DNA from: Actinomycetes bacterium
Lineage (GTDB): Bacteria; Actinomycetota; Acidimicrobiia; Acidimicrobiales; RAAP-2
Assembly (NCBI GenBank): GCA_021822565.1
Contig: JAKAQM010000001.1
Location: 9,342 to 73,341 of the forward strand
Length of the DNA: 64,000 bases
Direction of reading: 5' to 3'
Position numbers and translations under genes: made by a program. Within the stretch, counting starts at the first letter, position 1, and every line of letters starts with the position of its first letter. Below, one piece after another: positions 1-7,848 of this stretch. The notes below the pieces were generated by a model. That model saw nothing but the letters and a program-made list of their open reading frames with translations. It searched no databases and was not told the origin of the DNA.

Positions 1-1200
1 GTCGCCGGCTTGGCGATTCGGCTCGGCTACAGCGCCCGCCAGGTCGAACGTCACCTCATGGCTGTAGTCGGTGCCGGACCGCTCGCGCTCGCCCGTGCCA
101 ACCGCGCCCAGACGGCGCGCCTGCTCATCGAGACGACCTCAATGACCTTCTCCGAGGTGGCGTTTGCCGCTGGTTTCTCGAGCATCCGCCAGTTCAACGA
201 CACGGCGCGCTCGGTGCTCGCCGGCACGCCGAGCGAGCTTCGCGCTCGGGCCGTCGGTCAGCGTGCCCGGGCCTCAGCGATCAGGCCACGAACCTCCGGC
301 GGCCTCGACTTCCGGCTTCCTTTCCGCAAGCCGTTCGTCCCGGGAAGCCTCTTCGGCCATTTGGCAGCCACCGCAGTGCCCGGGTGCGAGGAGGTTCGTG
401 ACGGCGCGTATCGCCGCACGCTGCGACTTCCCAACGGAGACGGCATCGTCGCACTCAGGCCGCGGGAGGGCCATGTGGCCTGCCGCCTGGTCCTCCACGA
501 CCTGCGCGACATTCCGACCGCGATCGCCAGGTGCCGCCGGCTCCTCGATCTGGACGCGGATCCCGAGGCGATCACCGACGTCCTTGGTGCCGACACGGCA
601 CTTGCTGGTCCGGTGGCCGAGGCTCCAGGGCGGCGAATCCCTCGCACCGTGGACGGGGCCGAGATGGCGCTGCGGGTCGTGCTCGGCCAGCAGGTCTCCA
701 TTGGTGCCGCTCGCACCCATGCGGCCCGCCTCGCCGAGCGATACGGCAGCATGATCGACGACCCGGCGGGCGGGCTGGACCGGGTCTTCCCTTCCCCTGG
801 ATCCCTTCTCGAGCTCGACCCGGAGGCGCTCGCCGTTCCCAAGGCACGCAGGGAAGCGTTCATCGCGTTGGCCACTGCGTTGGCGGAAGGCAGCATCGAG
901 CTCGGTGCCGGTGCCGACCAGGAGCGCGCTCGTCAGCAGCTGGCTGGGCTCGACGGCATCGGGTCATGGACGCTCGGGGTCATCGCCATGCGGGCGTTGG
1001 GTGACCCCGACGCCTTCCCGGCGACCGACGCGGGCGTGGTGAAGGGTGCCGCCGTGCTCGGCCTTCCTACGCGCCCAGCGGCGCTCGTGGCCCACAGCCG
1101 GCGGTGGCAGCCGTGGCGGTCCTACGCCGCGCAGTACCTGTGGGGCACCCAGGACCACCCGGTCAACCAGTGGCCGGCGAAGGAACCACGATGCGCCTGA
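1..1200 (+). CDS. alkA: Ada/AlkA-type fusion, 5' partial: AraC-type HTH + AlkA N-terminal domain + HhH-GPD DNA-3-methyladenine glycosylase II
   Basis: Frame stays open to the window edge. AraC HTH signature FSEVAFAAGFSSIRQFNDTARSV. C-terminal HhH-GPD region GIGSWTLGVIAMRALGDPDAFPATDAGV. The last codons and stop (TGA 1198-1200) overlap the start of the next gene (ATG 1191). Confidence 0.85.
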   Translation, partial: VAGLAIRLGYSARQVERHLMAVVGAGPLALARANRAQTARLLIETTSMTFSEVAFAAGFSSIRQFNDTARSVLAGTPSELRARAVGQRARASAIRPRTSGGLDFRLPFRKPFVPGSLFGHLAATAVPGCEEVRDGAYRRTLRLPNGDGIVALRPREGHVACRLVLHDLRDIPTAIARCRRLLDLDADPEAITDVLGADTALAGPVAEAPGRRIPRTVDGAEMALRVVLGQQVSIGAARTHAARLAERYGSMIDDPAGGLDRVFPSPGSLLELDPEALAVPKARREAFIALATALAEGSIELGAGADQERARQQLAGLDGIGSWTLGVIAMRALGDPDAFPATDAGVVKGAAVLGLPTRPAALVAHSRRWQPWRSYAAQYLWGTQDHPVNQWPAKEPRCA

Positions 1201-1817
1201 TCCGCTCTCGGACCGTCGACAGCCCTATCGGCCTGCTCACCTTGGCCGGCCACCGCGACGTGCTCACCAACCTGGTCATGGAAGGTGGAGCCCATCTCCC
1301 ACCGGACCGCACCCGGTGGGTAAGGGATGAGGAAGCCTTCTCCGATGCTGTCGCCCAGATCGAGGCGTACTTCGCCGGTGAGCGCGTCGGCTTCGACGTC
1401 GCTCTGCGCCCAGATGGCACGAGCTTCCAGCGACGAGTGTGGGATGCCCTGTCCGAGATCCCCTACGGCGAGACCTGCTCGTACGGCGAGATCGCCCGCC
1501 GTATCGGTCAACCTGGGGCGGCGCGGGCAGTCGGGATCGCGACCGGGCGCAACCCGATCCCCATCATCGTCCCCTGCCACCGGGTCATCGGGGCGAACGG
1601 CACCCTCACCGGGTATGCGGGAGGGCTGGAGACCAAGCGCGCCCTGCTCGACCTGGAGCAGGCTTTTTGCCCTGACCCACGACGTCCACGACCCGCAGTA
1701 ACGGTCGCGAACACCCTCGGGGGCTCGTCGCACGCGGCGCCACGGCGGGGCGAGCTCGAAGCCGACTCCATCGATGCGAGCTCGAGGCCGGTTCCATCGA
1801 TGGAGGGCCAGCCGTAG
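1191..1817 (+). CDS. ogt: methylated-DNA--protein-cysteine methyltransferase (O6-alkylguanine transferase)
   Basis: Active-site motif IIVPCHRVIGANGTLTGYAGG, preceded by SYGEIARRIG. ATG 1191 overlaps the alkA 3' end by 10 nt. The C-terminal ~45 aa are a low-complexity tail. Confidence 0.9.
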   Translation: MRLIRSRTVDSPIGLLTLAGHRDVLTNLVMEGGAHLPPDRTRWVRDEEAFSDAVAQIEAYFAGERVGFDVALRPDGTSFQRRVWDALSEIPYGETCSYGEIARRIGQPGAARAVGIATGRNPIPIIVPCHRVIGANGTLTGYAGGLETKRALLDLEQAFCPDPRRPRPAVTVANTLGGSSHAAPRRGELEADSIDASSRPVPSMEGQP

Positions 1818-2020
1818 CTCATGGCGGTGCAGAGAGTGATCACGGGCTTTCGCCAGGACGACGAGGGCAACTCTGGGTGGCGGAGCGGACTTGCGGGCAC
1901 GGCCGGGACGTCCCTCATCGCCGCTCCGCCCGCGGCTGGTGAGGGCTTCGGGTCGAGGCGGATGCGTCTCACGCCTGGATGTCTCGGTTTCCCGTCGTTC
2001 CCGGAGCGGCCTTCGCCGCG

Positions 2021-2051
2021 TTGACCCGCTCCCACGAATGTGTAGTAGATT
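2021..2051 (+). promoter_or_regulatory. candidate sigma70-type promoter of the cysteine-membrane/thioredoxin operon
   Basis: TTGACC at 2021-2026. TAGTAG follows at 2043-2048 (16-nt spacer) or TAGATT at 2046-2051 (19-nt spacer). The site lies in a local AT-richer patch about 70 nt upstream of ATG 2122. Confidence 0.35.
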
Positions 2052-2121
2052 GTCTCCGTTGGTGAGCGCACTCGGGGCGCCACCGAATGGATCAGGGCCC
2101 GGCGACGCGAAGGAGACTCTG

Positions 2122-2439
2122 ATGGCCGTTTCCCACGTGACACCCCCGGATGCCAGCCCACGCGCGGGCGGGCGTCCCCACGGGGAACCGAGCTCGAGCA
2201 CGCAGGCTCCCGACGAGAAGAGAGGTCCCGGTGCGGCCCTCCTGCTGCTCGTCCTGCCGGCACTGTGCTGCGGCGGCCCGTTGATCGCCGGTGCGCTGGC
2301 GGCCGCGAGCGCGGCGACCCTCGGCGTGGTGGGCGGCGTGGTCGGCGCGGTCCTCCTCGCGGTCGCCGTCGGGCTCTTGCTTCGGCGCCGACGAAGCGGT
2401 GCGTGCTGCGCACCGGCACAGAATGCGTGGCGCCCGTGA
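2122..2439 (+). CDS. small 2-TM membrane protein with two vicinal cysteine pairs (MerF-like architecture)
   Basis: AAGGAG at 2111-2116 precedes ATG 2122. Two hydrophobic helices. CC pair in helix 1 (LPALCCGGPLIAG) and CC pair in the C-terminal tail (RRRRSGACCAPAQ). Stop overlaps the next gene's GTG (GTGA at 2436-2439). Confidence 0.7.
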   Translation: MAVSHVTPPDASPRAGGRPHGEPSSSTQAPDEKRGPGAALLLLVLPALCCGGPLIAGALAAASAATLGVVGGVVGAVLLAVAVGLLLRRRRSGACCAPAQNAWRP

Positions 2440-3041
2440 GCACGACTACGAATGCACTCACCCGCCTGCGGGCGCCACGGGCGCTCGCCGAGGTGCTTGG
2501 CACGCCCGGGCGCGTCGGAGGCTTCCTGGTCGCCTCCGGCGTCGTGGCGTTCTTCTACACCCTGCTCCTGCCCTTCGACTACACCCAGCGCTTCGAGCTC
2601 GCCAACTGGGACTACCTGGACGCCTACCTGCTCACCTGGGCGATCGTGCTCGGTCTCGCGATGGGGCTCGTCGTGAGCGTCCAGGTCTACGCGATGCGCA
2701 GGATCGCCGCGGCCCGGGCCGCGAGCGGCGCGGCAGGCGGCGTGGCGTTCGTCGCGAGCCTGCTCCCGAGCTTTCTGTGCTGCACCCCGATCGTCCCCTC
2801 CGCGCTCGCCTTCGTCGGGGTGTCGGGGGTGGGCCTCTACACGACGACGGGCGCCCTGCAGCACTTCTTCGCTGTCCACCAGACCGAGTTCCTCTCGTCG
2901 AGCCTCGTGCTCCTCGCCCTCATGTGCTGGTGGGGGCTGCGCAAGGTGGCAGGCTCGCAGTGCTCCGCCGATGCGGCGTGCCCGAGCGGTGACGAAGCCT
3001 TGGCTCGAGGACCCGGGCGCAGGCAAGGAGCCCTTCGATGA
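2436..3041 (+). CDS. 4-TM membrane protein with an intramembrane CC pair and a C-terminal C-X5-C
   Basis: Four hydrophobic segments. SFLCCTPIVP lies in the third segment and GSQCSADAACPSG in the tail. GTGA overlap upstream and ATGA overlap (3038-3041) downstream. No named family recognised. Confidence 0.6.
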   Translation: MSTTTNALTRLRAPRALAEVLGTPGRVGGFLVASGVVAFFYTLLLPFDYTQRFELANWDYLDAYLLTWAIVLGLAMGLVVSVQVYAMRRIAAARAASGAAGGVAFVASLLPSFLCCTPIVPSALAFVGVSGVGLYTTTGALQHFFAVHQTEFLSSSLVLLALMCWWGLRKVAGSQCSADAACPSGDEALARGPGRRQGALR

Positions 3042-3703
3042 CCAGGGCTTCGACGCGCCAGCGCTCGGCACGCCCCACCGGGGCGGCCCGGCGCCGGGCC
3101 GAGGCCCAGCGGCGGCGGCGCAACCGGATCGCTCTGTGGACGAGCGTTGTCGGCATCCTCGGCCTCGCCGGCGTGGTCGTCGGCCTGCACCTCTCGGCGA
3201 CCTCGTCGGCCGGCGGCGCAGCGCCCGGCTCGTCGGGCACGTCTGGCGTGTCGCTTCCGGTCGGCACCAGCGCGCCCAACGGCGCCATCACCACCCTTGC
3301 CGGCGGGTCCGAGACCGTGGCGGGGCTGCGTGGCAAGCCCACGCTCATCTGGTTCGTGACGACGTGGTGCTCGTCGTGCGAGGCGGGCACCCAGGCGATG
3401 GCCCAGAACGTCGCCACGCTCGCCGCAGACGGCGTGCGGGTCGTCGAGGTCGAGAACTACGCCGACCTCGGCCAGTCGGGACCGCCCATGGGCACGTTCG
3501 CCAAGACCCTCGCCGGCAGCGCCTTCACGAACCCGGACTGGACCTTCGGCGAGGCGTCCTCGGCGCTCACCCACACCTACAACCCGAAGGCCTACCTCGA
3601 CATCTACTACCTCATCAGCGCCAAGGGGAAGATCACCTACGTGAACAGCTCGCCGGGATCCACGATGCCCGAGCTGCTCAGCGCCGCCAAGGCGCTCGCA
3701 TGA
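3038..3703 (+). CDS. membrane-anchored thioredoxin-fold protein (TlpA/ResA/redoxin-like), CXXC = WCSSC
   Basis: Basic N-terminus plus one TM helix (IALWTSVVGILGLAGVVVGL). GKPTLIWFVTTWCSSCEAG matches a redoxin active site. Confidence 0.8.
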   Translation: MTRASTRQRSARPTGAARRRAEAQRRRRNRIALWTSVVGILGLAGVVVGLHLSATSSAGGAAPGSSGTSGVSLPVGTSAPNGAITTLAGGSETVAGLRGKPTLIWFVTTWCSSCEAGTQAMAQNVATLAADGVRVVEVENYADLGQSGPPMGTFAKTLAGSAFTNPDWTFGEASSALTHTYNPKAYLDIYYLISAKGKITYVNSSPGSTMPELLSAAKALA

Positions 3704-4401
3704 GCGCCCACGGTGCCCACGAGCGGGCGCCCGAACCTCGGAGCCGCCGGCGCTGGGCCGTCGGGGCAGGTACGGTCCTCTTGGCCGCCGGCCTCGGCGC
3801 GTACGCGCTGGCGGGCAGCGGGGGCGGCACGGTGAGCGCCAAGGTCCAGCCCGTGGCCTCCGACCACCGTGCCAGTTCGGTTTCGACGTCGCCGTCCGCG
3901 CCGACGTCGACACCGGGGACACCGGCGGCCAACGGCACCTTCACGACGCCGTCGGGAACGACCGCGACGATCGCCTCGCTTCGCGGCCATCCGACCATGG
4001 TGTGGTTCGTGGCGGGGGGCTGTGCGAGCTGCGCGGCGAGCATCCCAGCGGTCGCTGCGCACTTCCACCAGCTGCGCGCTGCGGGGCTCCGGGTGCTCAC
4101 CCTGGGCCTCTACGGCGACTTCGCCGCGGGCGACAAGGGCGTCACCCAGCTGCTCACCTTCGGGCGGGAGGCGGCGTTCAACGAGCTGATCTCGCGCGCG
4201 GGCTGGGAGTGGGGGATGGCGTCGAAGTCGCTCAGCCTCGCCTACGACCCCGCCGGCATCCCCGATCTCTACGTGCTCATCGGGCCGACAGGGCACATCC
4301 GCTACCGCAACAGCGTGCCGGACTCGACGATGGGGGCCTTGATCGCCGCGGCTGATCGCCTCGGCACCCGCGTCCAGACCACGGCGGCCGAACGAGGGTG
4401 A
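3700..4401 (+). CDS. membrane-anchored thioredoxin-fold protein (TlpA/ResA-like), CXXC = GCASC
   Basis: ATGA overlap at 3700-3703. N-terminal TM helix (WAVGAGTVLLAAGLGAYAL). GHPTMVWFVAGGCASCAASIP active site. Apparent paralog of the preceding gene. Confidence 0.8.
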   Translation: MSAHGAHERAPEPRSRRRWAVGAGTVLLAAGLGAYALAGSGGGTVSAKVQPVASDHRASSVSTSPSAPTSTPGTPAANGTFTTPSGTTATIASLRGHPTMVWFVAGGCASCAASIPAVAAHFHQLRAAGLRVLTLGLYGDFAAGDKGVTQLLTFGREAAFNELISRAGWEWGMASKSLSLAYDPAGIPDLYVLIGPTGHIRYRNSVPDSTMGALIAAADRLGTRVQTTAAERG

Positions 4402-4587
4402 TGCTGGGCGGCTGAAGGCGTGCGTCGCGCTCGAGTCGAGTCGTGCCGTTCGAACCCCGCCGCGTTCACGGCGGCCTACGCGCTCCGAGGAGATGCGGCT
4501 GCCTTGCGACGTGACCCGCCGAGCGCAGCCATCGTCGAGGGATGCACGCCCGAGGCCGGTGACCGAACCGGATCCGCCCGGCCGTGC

Positions 4588-4791
4588 CTATCCGTCTTTG
4601 GAGGCTTCGAGCGATGCGGGTGCGGAACCGACGAGGCCGACGAGGTGAGCGAGGGTGTCGATCGCGTTGACCATGAGGTCGGTTTCGCTCACGACCACCA
4701 CGTTCGCCGGCACCGGTGTCGTGTCGTCGTCGGACCCCCTGGGAATGACGGTCGGGATTGGCCCCACTGTGATGGCCTGAACTGGCCCCAC
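4588..4791 (-). CDS. hypothetical small protein (67 aa), possibly a gene fragment
   Basis: This ORF has the genome-typical high G/C at third codon positions. It lies 51 nt downstream of the FUSC pseudogene on the same strand. No recognisable motif. Confidence 0.3.
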   Translation of the reverse strand: MGPVQAITVGPIPTVIPRGSDDDTTPVPANVVVVSETDLMVNAIDTLAHLVGLVGSAPASLEASKDG

Positions 4792-4842
4792 CCCCAGACA
4801 CGATGGGACTGCTCCGGGATGGCCCAGCCGGCTCCCGGAGGT

Positions 4843-6072
4843 TCAGGTCATCTCAATCGGCGTTGGCCAGCAGATCCCTCCTCGTGCCGGCGAGGGGGGA
4901 AGGTCGCGGCTGGACCCCCGAGACGCCTCGAGTGGCGGTGTCAGAGGCGTCCTCGGGCATGGTGGTGGCCTGGGCCTGGGGGGCTGGTCGCCGGCGGCGA
5001 CGGCGGTCAGCTGGGCGACGGAGCGGAGCTGGCCGGCGAGTGCCGTGAGGTCGTCGACGGCCTGGGCGGGCGTGACGCGGTTCTGTCGGTCGGCAGAGTG
5101 ACCGAGCGCTCGGAGGTGCTCGACGGTGGCGCGGAACCGTTCGCGGTCGTCGGGCGTGACGGCGACACTGCGAGCGTAGTGGAGGGCGCCAGCCACCTCG
5201 CTGAGCACGTTGGCGGAGGCCTCGATGGCGGCGTCGAGGCTGCGTGCGGCGTCGTGCGCCCAGCTCTGCGTGCTCGTCGGGGTGTCGAAGCTCGCGGTGC
5301 CGGTGAGCCGGGCCCGCGTCCGGGCGACGGCGGCCGCCTGTAGGCGGATCCGCTCGGCCTCGTCCGCCATCGCCTGGTACGCCGCGGCCGCAGCCTGGTC
5401 GCTCCAGGGCTGGGTCTCCATGAGGGCGGAGCGAAGCTCGTCGAGGGCACCGGTCTCGAAGAGGGCGGAGGGGTCGGCGACGAGCGAGCGGAGGTGGTCA
5501 GCCAGCCGGCGGTAGGCGGTGCTCGATGCTGCGCGTTCCACCGGGAAGCGTTGCAGGGGCCAGGTGAGCGGCACCAGCACGATCTGCACAACGGCGCCGC
5601 ACGGCGCCCAGAGCGCATTGAGCGCGGCCTGCTCGGGGGTGAAGGAGAACTGGGAGAACACGACCAAGCCGATGACCGCCTGGAGGCCGACCACGCTCGA
5701 CGCCTGTCCGAAGAGCACCGAGAACCCGGCGGCGACCCCTCAGGAGGCGGTGACGGCGATGTCGGGGCCTTCCACATGCCCCACGGTCGCCCCGACGAAG
5801 GCGGAGACGGCGAAAGCCACCCCCGCGAACGCCATGATCTTCATTCGGCTGCGGTAGGTGCCCTGCAACGACGCCATCCCCGCGGTGAGGGCACCGATCG
5901 CGCCTCCTACCCCGACCAGCAGGTGGCCGGAGAGGTCGCCGGCCAGAAGGGGGATGGCGATGCCGAGCGCGCATCGAGCCGCGGGAAGGAGCGCAAGCTG
6001 GGAGTGGTCCAGGTGGATGGCGTCGTGGACCGGGCGCGTCCAGGTGCCCACCCGTGGCGTCACCGGGCGCAC
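4843..6072 (-). pseudogene. FUSC/ArAE-family (fusaric-acid-resistance-like) membrane protein interrupted by one in-frame TGA
   Basis: ORFs 5740..6072 and 4843..5718 are in the same frame, with TGA at 5742..5740. The 7 codons between them (GVAAGFS) read through cleanly. N-part is TM-rich (ALGIAIPLLAGDL..GALTAGMASLQGTY). C-part is the long helical cytoplasmic region typical of this family. Confidence 0.6.
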
Positions 6073-6174
6073 CGAGCACGGCCCGGTGTCGTCGTCCCCA
6101 CGGTGGCGCTCCGACCTCGACGCGGGGGAGGCGCCGCCACTCGCCCGAAGCGGTCGTCTCTGGCCATCCAGAGC

Positions 6175-6690
6175 TCATCCACTTGGACGCTCCGGGTCGT
6201 GCCGGCTGCCGTCCTCGTCGTCGCCCCCGGAGCGGTCCCGGTCGAGCACGGCGAGGACCTTCTCGGCGGACGAGGTGACGGCGTCGAGCTCGCTCGGCGT
6301 GAGTGGGTCGATGAACAAGCGGCGCACCATCGCCGCATGCTGCGGTGCCGCCGCCTCGATCGCCTTGCGGCCCGTTTCGGTGGCCACGACGAACGCGCCG
6401 CGACGGTCGTCGCCGCAGTGCTCCTTGCTCACGAGCCCCCGATCCGCCATGCGGGCGACCTGATGGGAGACCCGGCTCTTCTCCCAGCCGAGGATCTCTG
6501 CGAGCTCGAACAGCCGGGCCCGGCCGTCGGGACGGTCGGAGAGCGCGACGAGCACCAGGAAGTCGGCGTAGGAGAGCTCCGAGGTCGCGGCCACATCGGC
6601 GGCCAGGCGGCCGGCGAGGCGAAGCTGCATGAACTGCAGCGTCCGCCACGCCCGCTCTTCTCGCTCGTCGAGCCATCGCACCTTGCCCAT
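6175..6690 (-). CDS. MarR family transcriptional regulator
   Basis: Winged-helix region DFLVLVALSDRPDGRARLFELAEILGWEKSRVSHQVARMADRGLV. Upstream of, and co-directional with, the FUSC gene. Confidence 0.85.
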   Translation of the reverse strand: MGKVRWLDEREERAWRTLQFMQLRLAGRLAADVAATSELSYADFLVLVALSDRPDGRARLFELAEILGWEKSRVSHQVARMADRGLVSKEHCGDDRRGAFVVATETGRKAIEAAAPQHAAMVRRLFIDPLTPSELDAVTSSAEKVLAVLDRDRSGGDDEDGSRHDPERPSG

Positions 6691-6720
6691 GCCCCTATCC
6701 TACCCGGGAATAGTTGACTC

Positions 6721-6739
6721 ATCACCCATGTTGGATGAT
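6721..6739. promoter_or_regulatory. imperfect palindrome, candidate MarR operator in the marR/yceI divergent region
   Basis: ATCACCCA-TGT-TGGATGAT, with arms complementary at 7 of 8 positions. It directly follows a TTGACT hexamer at 6714-6719. Confidence 0.35.
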
Positions 6740-6767
6740 CTGTCCACCACGTGAAGGGAGAGCCCCC

Positions 6768-7334
6768 ATGACCACGCCGACCGTCCCGGCCACACTCACC
6801 GGCAGCTACACCATCGATCCCGCCCACAGCCGGATCGGCTTCGTCGCCCGCCACGCCATGGTCACGAAGGTCCGGGGCTCGTTCGACGAGTTCGACGGCT
6901 CGGGCTACTTCGACGCCGCGAACCCGGCGAGCTCGAAGCTCGAGCTCACGATCAAGGCGACCAGCATCGACACCCGCAACGCCGACCGCGATGCCCACCT
7001 GCGCTCGAACGACTTCTTCGACATGGACACCTACCCGCAGATCACCTTCTCTTCGACGAGCGTCGAGCAGACCGACGATGTCCACTTCCGGGTCACCGGT
7101 GACCTGACCATCAAGGGGGTCACCCGCCCCGTCGTCGTCGACTTCGAGTACACCGGCAGCGCGGTGGACCCCTACGGCAACCAGCGGATCGGTTTCGAAG
7201 GAACGACGACGGTCAACCGCAAGGACTGGGGTGTCAACTGGAACGCGGCGCTCGAAGCCGGCGGCGTGCTCGTGAGCGAGAACGTCACCTTGGAGCTCGA
7301 GGTGTCCGCCATCCGCAGCGCCGACGCCGCCTGA
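6768..7334 (+). CDS. YceI family (polyisoprenoid-binding-like) protein
   Basis: YTIDPAHSRIGFVARHAMVTKVRGSF..TRNADRDAHLRSNDFFD are typical YceI motifs. GAAGGGAG lies 7 nt upstream of ATG 6768. Confidence 0.85.
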   Translation: MTTPTVPATLTGSYTIDPAHSRIGFVARHAMVTKVRGSFDEFDGSGYFDAANPASSKLELTIKATSIDTRNADRDAHLRSNDFFDMDTYPQITFSSTSVEQTDDVHFRVTGDLTIKGVTRPVVVDFEYTGSAVDPYGNQRIGFEGTTTVNRKDWGVNWNAALEAGGVLVSENVTLELEVSAIRSADAA

Positions 7335-7380
7335 GCAAGTCCCGAGCGCGTCTCGCTCGCGCCTGTCCGAAGGAATCCCG

Positions 7381-7848
7381 ATGCCCGTATCGCCGGTACG
7401 CCTCAACCACGCTGTGCTCTTCGTCTCTGACCTCGAGCGTTCGCTCCGCTTCTACCGTGACGTGTTCGCCATGGAGGTCATCGCCCGCGAGCCGCGCGCC
7501 AACGCCGCCTTCCTGCGACTGCCGCGCTCGGGCAATCACCACGACCTCGGGCTGTTCGGCGTCGGAACCGCGGGCGGCCCGAAACGGCGCGGCGCCATCG
7601 GCCTGTACCACCTGGCCTGGCAGCTCGACACCATCGACGAGCTGGCTGCCGCCCGCCAGACGCTCCTCGACGCCGGCGCCTATACCGGCGAGTCCAGCCA
7701 CGGGGCCACCAAGAGCATCTATGGTGCCGATCCCGACGGCAACGAGTTCGAGCTGTCAGACGACGTCGCTCACGGCATGTCTCCCGCGCTCACGACCGGG
7801 TCGAGGCACCACTCGGGGTGGTCCTGTTCGAGGCGTTGGAGCTGGTAG
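7381..7848 (+). CDS. VOC (glyoxalase/bleomycin resistance/extradiol dioxygenase) family protein
   Basis: LNHAVLFVSDLERSLRFYRDVFAMEV..SIYGADPDGNEFEL. The C-terminal ~30 aa overlap the prfC 3' end in convergent orientation. Confidence 0.8.
   Translation: MPVSPVRLNHAVLFVSDLERSLRFYRDVFAMEVIAREPRANAAFLRLPRSGNHHDLGLFGVGTAGGPKRRGAIGLYHLAWQLDTIDELAAARQTLLDAGAYTGESSHGATKSIYGADPDGNEFELSDDVAHGMSPALTTGSRHHSGWSCSRRWSW

Noticed and set aside
1122-3071. 649-aa minus-strand ORF
   Set aside because: It overlaps ogt and the cysteine-membrane genes in antisense. No motifs, and Arg/Pro/Gly-rich.
5740-5742. In-frame TGA in the FUSC gene as selenocysteine
   Set aside because: I could see no obvious SECIS-like hairpin immediately downstream. 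FUSC transporters are not known selenoproteins, and the context is a TM segment. A nonsense mutation or sequencing error is more parsimonious.
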